This document shows positions 8,796 through 18,676 of a DNA stretch of 32,000 nt, piece after piece. Origin of the DNA: Idiomarina loihiensis L2TR (lineage in GTDB: Bacteria > Pseudomonadota > Gammaproteobacteria > Enterobacterales > Alteromonadaceae); contig NC_006512.1 in the NCBI RefSeq assembly GCF_000008465.1, forward strand, positions 2,460,001 through 2,492,000. The letters run 5' to 3'. How positions within the stretch are numbered: position 1 is the stretch's first letter; each line of letters begins with the position of its first letter. A program made the translations under genes and the position numbers. The notes under the pieces were generated by a model. It saw only the letters and a list, made by a program, of their open reading frames with translations. It was not told the origin of the DNA and ran no database searches.

Positions 8796-11700
8796 GATAC
8801 TCTTCCTGTAAAGATTCCAGTTTACGCGTGATAGCCATTGGTGAGCTGGTATTCTTCGCCAGAGCGATATACAGAGCAGGAATAACAAATAACGTCAAAA
8901 ATGCTGACACTGCAACCCCGGCAAAAATAACCGTACCAATGACCATACGGCTTTCAGCTCCCGGCCCAGAACCGAGGATAAGTGGCACGGAACTCATTAG
9001 AGTTGTGAACGCCGTCATCACAATCGGTCGTAAACGCTGTTGCGCAGCTTTAAGCACAGCTTCTTTGAACTCCACTCCTGAATCACGCAACTGATTCGCA
9101 AATTCAACAATAAGAATACCATTTTTCGCTGCCAGACCAATGAGCATTACTATGCCTATCTGACTGTATATATTGATGCTCATTCCGGCCAGATACAGCG
9201 CCATTAAAGCCCCAACTATAGCCATAGGTACCGCCAGCATAATGACCAACGGATGAATAAAGCTTTCAAACTGCGCAGCCAGAACCAGGAAGGTAATGAC
9301 CAATGCCAACCCAAAAACAAAGACAATTGAACTACCACTCTCTTTGTACAGTTGAGACTCGCCTTTATAGTCAATTGAAACATCTTCCGGCAGTTTTTCC
9401 TGCACCACGCCTTCCAAATAACTCAACGCTTCACCCAGTGAATATCCCTCAGCCAGATTCGCTTCAATGGTGACACTGCGCATACGGTTGTATCGGTTAA
9501 GTCGGGCTGAAGTGGCCTGCTCAGTAATGGTTACGAGGTTAGAAAGCGGAATCAATTCGTCACTTTTACGCGAACGTACATAGATATTATCTATGGCGCT
9601 GGGGCTACGGTAATCGGCTTTTTCGCCCTCCAGCATCACGTCATACTCTTCACCGCGATCAAGGTAGGTTGTCACTCGTCTTTGGCCTAATACAGACTGC
9701 AGGGTGATACCTATATCCTGCACTGAAACTCCTAAATCAGCCGCGCTGGCTTCATCCACCTGAATCAGTAATTGTGGCAAAGTTTCTTTATAGTCACTGT
9801 CCAGATCCTGTAAACCCGGGTTGGTAGAAGCTTCCTCAATAACAATGTCACGAAATTCAGCTAAGCGCTCGTAGGTATTCCCCTGCAACACGAATTCGAC
9901 CGGACGCCCGCCTCCGCCGCTAATACCACTCCGCATAAAAGCGAACGCCTGAACGCCGACAACCGAATCCAACTGAGAGCGCATTTCTTCCATAAGATCA
10001 AAACTTGACCAGTCACGCTCGTCAAAAGGAACGGCACCGACGATGGCAATACCGGCGCTACCACCCCAACCGGGAGCACGAACAATCAAACGGTCAATCT
10101 TGCCTTCATCAATATAAGGCAAAAGAATCTGTTCTATTTCGTCCATATGTCTGGAGCTGGACTCGAAACTTGCGCCTTCGGCACTGCGCACCTGAATGTA
10201 AAAAGTACCGCGGTCTTCAGGTGGTGCGAACTCTTGTGGAATAAAGCTGAATAAACCAAACGCAACAACGCCCGACATAACCACCAACACGATTGCCATC
10301 ATAGGCCGCTTCACGCTTTTCTCAAGCACGCCACGGTAACCTTGTTCCAGCCAGTTGAAAGTCGCATCAAAAGCCTTACCAAATTTACTGGTACGCTCTT
10401 TTTTACTCAGTATTTTAGAGCTCAGCATTGGCGTTAACGTCAGTGCTGCAATACTGGAGAAAGCAACAGCAGCGGCTATGGCAAGGGCAAACTCCGTAAA
10501 AAGCTTACCGATATTTCCGTCTAAGAAAGCCAGCGGTACAAATACCGAAATCAGTACCAGAGTTGTCGCAATAACCGCAAAGCCCACTTCTCTGGCTCCA
10601 CGATAAGCAGCCAGAACCGGAGGCTCTCCCTCTTCTATACGGCGGTATATGTTTTCCAGCACGACAATAGAGTCATCAACCACCAGTCCAATAGCCAGTA
10701 CCAGCGCCAGCAAGGTTAACAAGTTTATGGAAAAGCCCAGTGCGAATAGCACCATGTAGGACGCAATAATCGCCACAGGCACCGTCAGCGCAGGAACAAT
10801 AGTTGCCCTTATATTTCCTAAAAACAGGTAAATAACGACAATAACCAGTGCCATCGCCACAGCCAGAGTATTATAAACTTCGTCAACTGAGCCCTGAATA
10901 AATATCGACGAGTCATAGCTGGGTGCCAGATACATGGTTTCAGGCAGGGTTTCCTGAATTTTTTTCATTTCCCGGTGAACGTTCTTCACCACATCCAGGG
11001 TGTTGCCCTTCGACTGTTTAATGACACCGACACCAACCATGTTAACGCCATTACCCCGGAAGTCGGTTTTGTCATCTTCGGCACCCAGTTCTACCCGGGC
11101 CACTTCACCTAACCGGACTAAGTAACCGTCGTCGCCCTGTCGTATCACCAGGTTTTTAAAGTCTTCCGGCGATAAATACGCGCGTGCCATACGAACCGAG
11201 AATTCTCTGTCGGTTGACTCAACTTCACCTGCCGGAAGCTCAACGTTTTCTTCTCGCAAACGGCTAACAATATCGGTTACCGTCACCTGCCGTGCCGCCA
11301 TAGCATCACGGTCCAGCCATACACGCATGGCGTAACGGCGGTCACCACCAATGACTACCCGTGCGACACCGTCGGCAACTGACAGACGGTCTACGATGTA
11401 TCGCTCCGCGTAGTCAGTTAGCTCTAGTATCGACATGCTCTCGCTGCGAAGGTTATACCAGACAATGGTACTCTCATCGCTTGAGGCCTTTGAAACTTCA
11501 GGGGGGTCAGCTTCTTCCGGCAGGTTATCAAGTACCCGGGACACCCGCTCACGAACGTCGTTAGAAGCGGCATCAATGTCGCGAGTCAGATTAAACTCTA
11601 TACTGATACTGGAGCGCCCGTTGCGGCTGCTAGAGCTAATGTTTTTAATGCCTTCTATGCCACTAATACGGTCTTCGACTAACTGCGTGACCTGAGTTTC

Positions 11701-11877
11701 TACAACTTCGGCAGAGGCACCGGGGTAGTCTGTATCAATAGTAACTATGGGACGATCAATATCCGGATATTCTCGCAATGGCAGCATGGTAAAAGCCACA
11801 ATACCGAAGACCACCAGCAGAATATTCAGTACGGTTGCAAAAACCGGACGTTTTACAGAAAGGTCTGACAACAACAT
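8779..11877 (-). CDS. RND family efflux transporter, inner-membrane permease subunit (AcrB/HAE1-like)
   Basis: 1032 aa with 12-TM RND topology. The N-terminal SVKRPVFATVLN..L...G and the internal VDD.IVV.ENI motif are both typical of the family. Confidence 0.92.
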   Translation of the reverse strand: MLLSDLSVKRPVFATVLNILLVVFGIVAFTMLPLREYPDIDRPIVTIDTDYPGASAEVVETQVTQLVEDRISGIEGIKNISSSSRNGRSSISIEFNLTRDIDAASNDVRERVSRVLDNLPEEADPPEVSKASSDESTIVWYNLRSESMSILELTDYAERYIVDRLSVADGVARVVIGGDRRYAMRVWLDRDAMAARQVTVTDIVSRLREENVELPAGEVESTDREFSVRMARAYLSPEDFKNLVIRQGDDGYLVRLGEVARVELGAEDDKTDFRGNGVNMVGVGVIKQSKGNTLDVVKNVHREMKKIQETLPETMYLAPSYDSSIFIQGSVDEVYNTLAVAMALVIVVIYLFLGNIRATIVPALTVPVAIIASYMVLFALGFSINLLTLLALVLAIGLVVDDSIVVLENIYRRIEEGEPPVLAAYRGAREVGFAVIATTLVLISVFVPLAFLDGNIGKLFTEFALAIAAAVAFSSIAALTLTPMLSSKILSKKERTSKFGKAFDATFNWLEQGYRGVLEKSVKRPMMAIVLVVMSGVVAFGLFSFIPQEFAPPEDRGTFYIQVRSAEGASFESSSRHMDEIEQILLPYIDEGKIDRLIVRAPGWGGSAGIAIVGAVPFDERDWSSFDLMEEMRSQLDSVVGVQAFAFMRSGISGGGGRPVEFVLQGNTYERLAEFRDIVIEEASTNPGLQDLDSDYKETLPQLLIQVDEASAADLGVSVQDIGITLQSVLGQRRVTTYLDRGEEYDVMLEGEKADYRSPSAIDNIYVRSRKSDELIPLSNLVTITEQATSARLNRYNRMRSVTIEANLAEGYSLGEALSYLEGVVQEKLPEDVSIDYKGESQLYKESGSSIVFVFGLALVITFLVLAAQFESFIHPLVIMLAVPMAIVGALMALYLAGMSINIYSQIGIVMLIGLAAKNGILIVEFANQLRDSGVEFKEAVLKAAQQRLRPIVMTAFTTLMSSVPLILGSGPGAESRMVIGTVIFAGVAVSAFLTLFVIPALYIALAKNTSSPMAITRKLESLQEEYPDHHS

Positions 11878-11880
11878 AAT

Positions 11881-12936
11881 TTAACCTCCCTGCACAGAAA
11901 CGGGTACACCGTCACGAAGGCGAACAATACCTTCTATAATAACTTCTTCTCCGGGTTTAAGGCCGCCTGTAATTTCCACAATACCGGGCTTACGTCGACC
12001 AATAGTGACTTCTTTTTGGCGCGCGCGATTATCCGGTGTTAACACATACACATATTGTCTGTTTTGAATGGGGATAAGCGCTTTTTCCGGCAACAAAAGA
12101 GCTTCATCAATGCTCCGTAGCAAAGTAATTTGCAAAAGCATTCCCGGACGCAGACGTTCATCATCATTGTTAATTTTTGCACGGACTTTTACTGACCGCG
12201 TTACCGGGTCCACACGAGAATCAATGCTGGAAATACGCCCAATAAACTGTTCGCCCGGATATGCACGGCTGCGGGCAATCACTTCCTGATCTACGGCAAT
12301 ACTAGCGAAATAACGTTCAGGAACGCTGAAGTCCACTTTAATAGGTTTGATATCATCAAGCGTTGTAAACACATCCCCCGGACTGACCAGAGAACCGGCG
12401 CTTATTTCACGAATACCGACACGACCTGAAAATGGCGCATAAATCTTCATTTCTTTTAAAGTTGCTTCCGCAACTTCTAAATCGGCCTGGAGCCCATTTA
12501 CCCGAACTTGTTGCTCATTAAGTTGTTGTTGTGAGGCTGCATTACCACGACGCAATTCGGTTATGCGTTCCAGCTGTCGTTTTGCTTCGTCTAAACTAAA
12601 TTTGAGTTGTTGTACACGAGCGACTTCTATACGCGCATTTAACTCAGCCAGCAGTTGTCCCTGCTCAACTAAGTCGCCGCTTTCAAAATAGATTTTTTCA
12701 ACAACGTCCTGAGTTTGCGCGGTAATACGAACCGTTTCATTGGCCATGGCGGTGCCTAACGCTTCAATAGTATCGCGGAACTCACTAATTTCAGCGGTCT
12801 GAGTTTTAACCGGAACCGACTGTTCCTTTCCCTCTTCAACCTTAGTTTCAGGCGGAAACCCAAACAAATACACAGCTGCCGCAGTCAGGACAACGACAAC
12901 AATAGTAATGGGATTAATCCAGGAACGTTTCGCCAT
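11881..12936 (-). CDS. RND efflux periplasmic adaptor (membrane fusion protein)
   Basis: 351 aa with an N-terminal membrane anchor, a coiled-coil hairpin, and beta-barrel/lipoyl-like motifs (I.APFSG.VG). Its stop lies 3 nt before the pump ATG, and a GGAGG sits in its last codons. Confidence 0.9.
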   Translation of the reverse strand: MAKRSWINPITIVVVVLTAAAVYLFGFPPETKVEEGKEQSVPVKTQTAEISEFRDTIEALGTAMANETVRITAQTQDVVEKIYFESGDLVEQGQLLAELNARIEVARVQQLKFSLDEAKRQLERITELRRGNAASQQQLNEQQVRVNGLQADLEVAEATLKEMKIYAPFSGRVGIREISAGSLVSPGDVFTTLDDIKPIKVDFSVPERYFASIAVDQEVIARSRAYPGEQFIGRISSIDSRVDPVTRSVKVRAKINNDDERLRPGMLLQITLLRSIDEALLLPEKALIPIQNRQYVYVLTPDNRARQKEVTIGRRKPGIVEITGGLKPGEEVIIEGIVRLRDGVPVSVQGG

Positions 12937-12986
12937 GCTTACCTCTAGGTTCTTTTTACAACGGTTTTAACATGGACTATTGTACG

Positions 12987-13009
12987 CAAAACACCGCCTA
13001 AAGGCGGTG
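12987..13009 (-). terminator. Rho-independent terminator downstream of hemE
   Basis: The minus strand reads CACCGCC-TTTA-GGCGGTG followed by TTTTG, about 36 nt after the hemE stop. Confidence 0.75.
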
Positions 13010-13044
13010 CACTTAACGAGGATTCTGGCGGTTTAATCGCAAAT

Positions 13045-14121
13045 TCAATCGTTTGAATGAAACGCGGGGCTGTATTTGTGAATAGCTTCAATAAAAGCAG
13101 CAGCATGCTCCGGATCTACTTCGGGGTGAATTCCATGCCCCAAATTGAACACATGGCCAGTACCTGAACCATAGCTTTGTAATATGCTTTGTACTTCTTC
13201 CTCAATCCGCGCTGGTTTCGCATACAGTACGCTAGGGTCCATATTTCCCTGCAGCGCGACTTGCCCACCAACACGAGCTCTGGCATCGGATAAATCGGTG
13301 GTCCAATCCACACCCAGCGCATCGGCACCGCTGGCAGCCATAGCTTCCAACCATTGCCCACCATTTTTGGTAAATAAAGTAACCGGCACTTTGCGTCCGT
13401 CGGCTTCCCGCGTAAGACCCGCTACAATTTTCTCCATGTAAGCCAGAGAAAATGCTTTGTAGTCACGTGGTGATAAAACTCCCCCCCAGGTATCGAATAT
13501 CATGACCGACTGCGCACCTGCGGCAATCTGCGCATTTAAATACTGAGTAACGGACTCAGCCAGTACATTCAGCAAGGTATGCATAGCTTCAGGATCAGCA
13601 AACATCAGTTGCTTCACCTTGGAGAAGTTTTTGGTGCTGCCACCTTCAACCATGTAGGTCGCCAGTGTCCAGGGACTTCCGGAGAAACCAATAAGTGGCA
13701 CACTGCCATTCAGTTCGCGACGAATAGCGCGCACAGCATCCATCACGTAACCCAGCTCGTCTTCCATATCGGGCACAGCCAGATTTTTAATAGCGGCCAT
13801 GCTGCGAACCGGGTCTTTAAATTTTGGACCTTCGCCAGCCTCAAAATATAAACCCAGACCCATAGCATCCGGAATGGTCAAAATATCACTGAAGAGTATG
13901 GCAGCATCCAGGTCGAATCGACGTAACGGTTGCATGGTCACTTCACAGGCCAGTTCAGTGTTACGGCATAATGACATAAAGTCGCCAGCCTGACCGCGCA
14001 CTTCTTTATATTCAGGTAAATAGCGCCCAGCCTGACGCATCATCCAGACGGGTGTGCGATCAACAGGTTGTTTTGCCAATGCACGAAGGTAACGATCATT
14101 TTTAAGCGCCGGAGCGGTCAT
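13045..14121 (-). CDS. hemE: Uroporphyrinogen decarboxylase
   Basis: 358 aa. The sequence [31 protein letters not shown] is the classic HemE N-terminus. Confidence 0.97.
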   Translation of the reverse strand: MTAPALKNDRYLRALAKQPVDRTPVWMMRQAGRYLPEYKEVRGQAGDFMSLCRNTELACEVTMQPLRRFDLDAAILFSDILTIPDAMGLGLYFEAGEGPKFKDPVRSMAAIKNLAVPDMEDELGYVMDAVRAIRRELNGSVPLIGFSGSPWTLATYMVEGGSTKNFSKVKQLMFADPEAMHTLLNVLAESVTQYLNAQIAAGAQSVMIFDTWGGVLSPRDYKAFSLAYMEKIVAGLTREADGRKVPVTLFTKNGGQWLEAMAASGADALGVDWTTDLSDARARVGGQVALQGNMDPSVLYAKPARIEEEVQSILQSYGSGTGHVFNLGHGIHPEVDPEHAAAFIEAIHKYSPAFHSND

Positions 14122-14199
14122 AGCGAATCCAATTATTTATCAACATCAATGCCCGGCATTTTATCAGTCCACAGGCATTGGCTCCATGAAAACTTATGC

Positions 14200-14997
14200 T
14201 TACCTCTTTTGAGATAGGTCAATCAACGTTCTTGCTATGGTCCCTTCCGGCGGAATATCCGGAAGGCTGTCAAAAGCAAACCAGTCGCCTGTCACCAATT
14301 CGTGCGGATCAATATGCAATTCGCCTTCTGCCCAGTCTGCAGTGTATCCCATCATTAATGAATGAGGGAAAGACCAGGGCTGGCTTAAATGGTACTGAAT
14401 GTTCTTAACGCGGATACCTGCTTCCTCATAAACCTCTCGCTCTAATGCCTGCTCCAGACTTTCGCCGGCTTCAACAAACCCTGCCAGTATAGAGTGCAAC
14501 CCAGGCTTATGCCGCTTACCCTGAGCCAGTAAAATTTTGTCACCTTTGCGAATAGCCACGATAATGCATGGCGACACGCGCGGGTAACAACGGTGCTGAC
14601 ACTGGTTACAATGCATCGCCAGCTCCCATTCAATGGTTTGCATGCGGGCCCCGCAGCGGCCACAAAAACGATGAGTATTCAAAAAATCGCTGAATTGCCG
14701 GGCTCTGCCTGCCATCGCAAACTTTTCCATGTCATCCACGGTAAGTAATTGCCGTAAAGGCACGAACTCACCACCAATGAACTGCTCATCCATATAGTCA
14801 GCCATGACCAAATAACAGCTGCGCTCCCGCAGTTCTCCTATTTCCACCACCCGGTAGTCATTTAAGTCTGGAAAGCTCAGATCTTGCAGGCAGCCAAAGG
14901 GGACTTCTCCGCTTTCATCCAGAAAAAGATGGTCAGAGCTCACCACAAACCACCAGGCAGGTTCATCACCCGCCGGTTTTGAATACAAAGTCGCCAT
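14200..14997 (-). CDS. nudC: NAD-capped RNA hydrolase / NADH pyrophosphatase
   Basis: It has the zinc motif CGRCG...C.QC and the Nudix box GFVEAGESLEQALEREVYEEAGI. Its position next to hemE and divergent from rsd matches E. coli. I prefer the ATG at 14997 (MATLYSK...). The track's TTG at 15015 would add 6 aa. Confidence 0.9.
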   Translation of the reverse strand: MATLYSKPAGDEPAWWFVVSSDHLFLDESGEVPFGCLQDLSFPDLNDYRVVEIGELRERSCYLVMADYMDEQFIGGEFVPLRQLLTVDDMEKFAMAGRARQFSDFLNTHRFCGRCGARMQTIEWELAMHCNQCQHRCYPRVSPCIIVAIRKGDKILLAQGKRHKPGLHSILAGFVEAGESLEQALEREVYEEAGIRVKNIQYHLSQPWSFPHSLMMGYTADWAEGELHIDPHELVTGDWFAFDSLPDIPPEGTIARTLIDLSQKR

Positions 14998-15099
14998 ATT
15001 AATCCCGCGTATCAAATGCGTTTGGTTTTCTGTAAAATCAGTTGAGTTCTAATGCTTCTGAATTTACATTAGGTACTGAAACTATAGACGGAGAGTATC

Positions 15100-15576
15100 A
15101 TGTTAAGCCGTAATGAGCAGGCAAAAAAGCGCTGGGGCGGCGCTCATAAAAGTATCGACCTATGGCTATCCGAGCGCCAGGACTTACTGGTGAATTACTT
15201 TAAACTTGCCGCGCTCCCGCCTTATGAAAGCATTCGCTCGGGCTTACCCGACGTCACTGATATCCGTAACTTTTGCGGTCAATTAGTCGACTACGTATCG
15301 AGTGGTCATTTTGAAATTTATGACCAAATTGTGCGCGAAGCTTCATCTCAGGGAAACTCAGTTGATGATTTGGCTGATGAGTTATTCCCTTTAATTTCTG
15401 ACACAACCGAAATAGCGTTAGATTTTAACGATAAGTACGGTGAGATAAGCTCAACTGACCACTGTGAAACCTTCGATAGAGATTTATCGGCACTTGGTGA
15501 AGCATTGGAATTAAGAATGGAGTTTGAAGACAAACTTCTCAACCATTTAGACGAGCATAATTTAATAACAGCTTAA
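15100..15576 (+). CDS. rsd: Regulator of sigma D (Rsd/AlgQ family anti-sigma70)
   Basis: 158 aa, collinear with E. coli Rsd (FC..LVDY.S.GHF.IY, GEALE.R...EDKL). It is divergent from nudC, as in E. coli. Confidence 0.9.
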   Translation: MLSRNEQAKKRWGGAHKSIDLWLSERQDLLVNYFKLAALPPYESIRSGLPDVTDIRNFCGQLVDYVSSGHFEIYDQIVREASSQGNSVDDLADELFPLISDTTEIALDFNDKYGEISSTDHCETFDRDLSALGEALELRMEFEDKLLNHLDEHNLITA

Positions 15577-15597
15577 GCTGACTTTTATTGAATTTAT

Positions 15598-15626
15598 AAA
15601 AACGCCGGCAATTCGCCGGCGTTTTT
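15598..15626. terminator. Bidirectional rho-independent terminator between the convergent rsd and FKBP genes
   Basis: AAAAACGCCGGC-aattc-GCCGGCGTTTTT. The GC-rich stem is flanked by an A-run on one side and a T-run on the other. Confidence 0.9.
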
Positions 15627-15650
15627 GTATAGATGAAAACTCAACTGAGC

Positions 15651-16391
15651 TTATTCGGTATCCGGCTCGTCTTTTTGTACGTTAAGTAATTCAACGGTAA
15701 AAATCAGCGTTGAATTTGGTGGGATTTGACCATCACCCAATTCACGATCTCCATATGCAAGTTCAGACGGGATCACAAAACGGTACTTAGCACCTTCCTT
15801 CATCAACTGCAGACCTTCAGTCCAGCCCGGAATAACTCGGTTTAGCGGAAAAGATGTAGGCTCGCCACGTTCATAGGAGCTATCAAAAACTTCCCCATTA
15901 ACCAACGTGCCTTCGTAATGAACTTCTACCATATCGGTTTCGGATGGACTAACACCGTCACCCTCTTTAAGAACTTCATACTGAAGACCAGAATCTGTTG
16001 TTTGAACACCTTCTTTTTTCGCGTTCTCGGCTAAATACGCTTTGCCTTCTTCCGCCGCTTTCTTACCCAATACGTTTTGACGTTGCTCCATAACTTCTTT
16101 GCGCATAGTGTTCAGGATTTTTTCAGCTTCCTCATCACTTAACTGAGGATCACCTTTAACCGCATCCACAAAGCCAGCAATAACAATATCGCGTTCCAGC
16201 ATGAAATCCGCTTCTTCCTGACGTTCTAAGTTACGTGCAATAAACCCGCCAACAGAAGAGCCTAGAGCGTAAGCCTGCTTGTCTTTGTCTGTTTTTAATT
16301 CCGTATCATTCGCCGGAAATTTTTCTTGTGAGCAGGCCGCCAGTACCAGCGCGATAGCTGAAATAGCTAACGGCTTCATCAGTTGTTTCAT
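15651..16391 (-). CDS. fkpA: FKBP-type peptidyl-prolyl isomerase (FkpA/Mip-like), predicted lipoprotein
   Basis: The C-terminal FKBP domain shows V.V.Y.G.L..G..FDSS and P..LIF.VEL. The N-terminal part is a Mip-like helix domain. The signal peptide ends in the lipobox LAAC. The ATG at 16391 has a GGAG 6 nt upstream, whereas the track's TTG at 16403 overlaps that SD. Confidence 0.88.
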   Translation of the reverse strand: MKQLMKPLAISAIALVLAACSQEKFPANDTELKTDKDKQAYALGSSVGGFIARNLERQEEADFMLERDIVIAGFVDAVKGDPQLSDEEAEKILNTMRKEVMEQRQNVLGKKAAEEGKAYLAENAKKEGVQTTDSGLQYEVLKEGDGVSPSETDMVEVHYEGTLVNGEVFDSSYERGEPTSFPLNRVIPGWTEGLQLMKEGAKYRFVIPSELAYGDRELGDGQIPPNSTLIFTVELLNVQKDEPDTE

Positions 16392-16485
16392 CGTTTTCTC
16401 CAATTATCGTCTTGCATCCTTTCGGACTATGCCATAATAGTGTTATCTAACAGAACCATACTACACAACCACAAGGAACTTGCCT

Positions 16486-17481
16486 ATGCCTTTTCTTAAG
16501 CTCTGCGGTGCGTTTATTTTGCTGGTTGTAATTACCGGTTGCCAACCTGCACCGGAAAAGGTCAAGAAAACGATTCACGCTGAAAACGGCACCTACGCCG
16601 CTGATATTTCCGACGACGGAAACTATAGCCTAGTCTCTACAGATGAAACTGGTTTACTGCTGTGGCCACGTTATGCCACCAACGCCAAGTACCAATGGCA
16701 GCATAATGAAAACACCGTCTCTCAGATTATAGACGTTGATATTAGCGCCGACGGGGAAGTGGCGGTTGCAGCATCGCGTAAAGAATTCTCCATGTGGGAT
16801 ATTAATAACGGCGAAAATCTGGGGTTCTGGCAAATAGGTTCAGGCGAGATACAAAAGCTGGTGGTCAGTAAAAAAGGTGGAACGGTGGTGCTTGGAAAGC
16901 AAGACGGTACACAGGTTGCTTTCAACCCAGTCTCGGGTCGACGTATTGAATTTTATGGGCATACCGAAAGTATTAATGTTCTTGATATTTCGCCCAATGG
17001 TTTTTATGTTCTAAGCGGTTCAAACGACCATTCGGCTATTCTGTGGGATACCCGAAGCGGGCAAATTGTGCACCGTTGGCCACTGGAAGGGCGGATCACA
17101 CAGGTTGCTCTGCACCCTGATGGTCACTTCGCGTTTATCTCAGATGCAATCGATAATTCGATTATTCACTCACTACCAGATGGCGAAATTGCCTCAAAAC
17201 TTAAATTCATAGAGCGCCATAAAATTTTTAGTGCTGCGCGTTTTAGCGCATCCGGTGATTATCTCATTACCGGCTCGCCATCACGTCAAATTGCAATCTG
17301 GGACACCTCGACAGGAGAAGAGCTCACGCACTGGCGGGTAGATTTACGCGACGGAGGGCGTCCCAGCAACGCTGCGGTGTTAGCCGTCGTCTTTGATGAA
17401 AAACAGCAACAGGTCATTAGCGAGAGCTCTGCCGGTCTTGCTGAGTGGTGGAATATTGATTTAACAGGTAGTAAAGAATGA
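16486..17481 (+). CDS. WD40-like beta-propeller repeat protein, predicted lipoprotein
   Basis: The signal peptide has the lipobox ITGC. Repeated blade endings are visible: FSMWDI, SGSNDHSAILWDT, TGSPSRQIAIWDT and AEWWNI. The ATG at 16486 is preferred (AAGGA 8 nt upstream) over the track's TTG at 16480. Confidence 0.75.
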   Translation: MPFLKLCGAFILLVVITGCQPAPEKVKKTIHAENGTYAADISDDGNYSLVSTDETGLLLWPRYATNAKYQWQHNENTVSQIIDVDISADGEVAVAASRKEFSMWDINNGENLGFWQIGSGEIQKLVVSKKGGTVVLGKQDGTQVAFNPVSGRRIEFYGHTESINVLDISPNGFYVLSGSNDHSAILWDTRSGQIVHRWPLEGRITQVALHPDGHFAFISDAIDNSIIHSLPDGEIASKLKFIERHKIFSAARFSASGDYLITGSPSRQIAIWDTSTGEELTHWRVDLRDGGRPSNAAVLAVVFDEKQQQVISESSAGLAEWWNIDLTGSKE

Positions 17482-17702
17482 CAGTAGAGAAGATAGAAGC
17501 ACAATTAACTAATCTGGAAATGCAGTTAACATTCCAGGAAGACACTATTGATTCACTAAATAAACTAGTTACTGAGCAGACTCAGCAAATGAGTGAAATG
17601 CAAAAACAAATTCGCTGGTTAGGAAAGCGCCTAAAACAAATGCAGGAGAATCAGTCGACTGACTCAGATCCGGCAGACGAACCACCCCCTCCTCATTATT
17701 AA
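17478..17702 (+). CDS. slyX: SlyX family protein
   Basis: 74 aa coiled coil containing LE..L.FQEDTI..LN, with the characteristic C-terminal PPPPHY. Its ATG overlaps the upstream stop (ATGA). Confidence 0.9.
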   Translation: MTVEKIEAQLTNLEMQLTFQEDTIDSLNKLVTEQTQQMSEMQKQIRWLGKRLKQMQENQSTDSDPADEPPPPHY

Positions 17703-17717
17703 AGCGTTGGGTTTACC

Positions 17718-17746
17718 TTGACCTTAGCAAATCAGGTCAGTATAAC
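17718..17746 (+). promoter_or_regulatory. Predicted sigma70 promoter for prk
   Basis: TTGACC, 17 nt, TATAAC, ending 31 nt upstream of the prk ATG. The spacer lies within a dyad, TGACCT-N9-AGGTCA. Confidence 0.5.
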
Positions 17747-17776
17747 AACTGTTCTTATTTAGTTTGCGAGAATGTT

Positions 17777-18676
17777 ATGTCATCAAAGCACCCGATTATT
17801 GCCGTTACAGGTTCATCAGGAGCAGGAACAACCACCACAGGTCAGGCCGTACGCCATATCTTTCGTTCGTTAGATGTGAGTGCCGCGTTTGTGGAAGGTG
17901 ACAGCTTTCATCGCTACTCCCGCCCTGAAATGGACTTGGCTATTCGCAAAGCTCAGGAACAGGGTCGTCATATCAGTTATTTTGGTGCCGAAGCCAACGA
18001 CTTTGACCGGTTAGAATCGTTATTCCGCTCTTATTCGCAAACCGGTAACGGTAAAGTCCGTCGCTATTTACACAGCTTTGATGATGCGGTTCCTTATAAC
18101 CAAATGCCCGGTACTTTCACGCCCTGGGAAGAACTGCCTGAAAGTACCGATGCACTTTTCTATGAGGGCTTGCATGGTGGTGTTTGCGGGGACGGCTACG
18201 ATGTAACTCAATATGTTGATTTATTAATCGGTATGGTGCCCATTGTTAACCTTGAGTGGATCCAGAAATTAATTCGCGATACCTCGGAGCGGGGGCACTC
18301 ACGTGAAGCGGTTACCACCAGCATTATTCGCGGCATGGAAGATTACATTCACCATATTGTTCCGCAGTTTTCGCGTACTCATATCAACTTCCAGAGAGTA
18401 CCTACGGTTGATACGTCCAACCCTTTCAGTGCCAAGGATATTCCATCACTGGACGAGAGTTTTGTTGTTATTCGTTTTCGCGGTATTAAGAACGTCGACT
18501 TCCCATATTACCTGCAGATGATAGACGGCTCGTTTATGTCACGTACCAGCACCCTGGTTGTGCCCGGTGGGAAAATGGCCTTAGCCATGGAGCTTATTCT
18601 GACACCGCTGATTGAACAAATTATGGAAAGGAAAAACCAGGTTCGCCGTCAGGTTGACTGGATATCAAGTAAGTAA
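17777..18676 (+). CDS. prk: Phosphoribulokinase
   Basis: 299 aa, near-collinear with E. coli PrkB: KHP.IAVTGSSGAGTTT, VPIVNLEWIQKLIRDTSERGHSREAV and FQRVPTVDTSNPF. Confidence 0.95.
   Translation: MSSKHPIIAVTGSSGAGTTTTGQAVRHIFRSLDVSAAFVEGDSFHRYSRPEMDLAIRKAQEQGRHISYFGAEANDFDRLESLFRSYSQTGNGKVRRYLHSFDDAVPYNQMPGTFTPWEELPESTDALFYEGLHGGVCGDGYDVTQYVDLLIGMVPIVNLEWIQKLIRDTSERGHSREAVTTSIIRGMEDYIHHIVPQFSRTHINFQRVPTVDTSNPFSAKDIPSLDESFVVIRFRGIKNVDFPYYLQMIDGSFMSRTSTLVVPGGKMALAMELILTPLIEQIMERKNQVRRQVDWISSK

Noticed and set aside
14148-14160. Palindrome AATGCC-C-GGCATT between nudC and hemE, considered as a terminator
   Set aside because: The loop is too small for a stable hairpin, and no U-run follows in the direction of transcription. 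nudC and hemE are probably co-transcribed, or hemE has its own promoter here.
14998-15015. N-terminal extensions from TTG starts in the ORF track, here for nudC. The same applies to the FKBP gene (16392-16403), the WD40 gene (16480), the PilZ gene (24449) and the small secreted protein (30884).
   Set aside because: In each case an in-frame ATG a few codons downstream has a better-placed Shine-Dalgarno sequence. It also gives an N-terminus matching homologues or a proper signal peptide. TTG starts were kept only where no alternative exists: rsgA, the GDPD gene and rlmJ.
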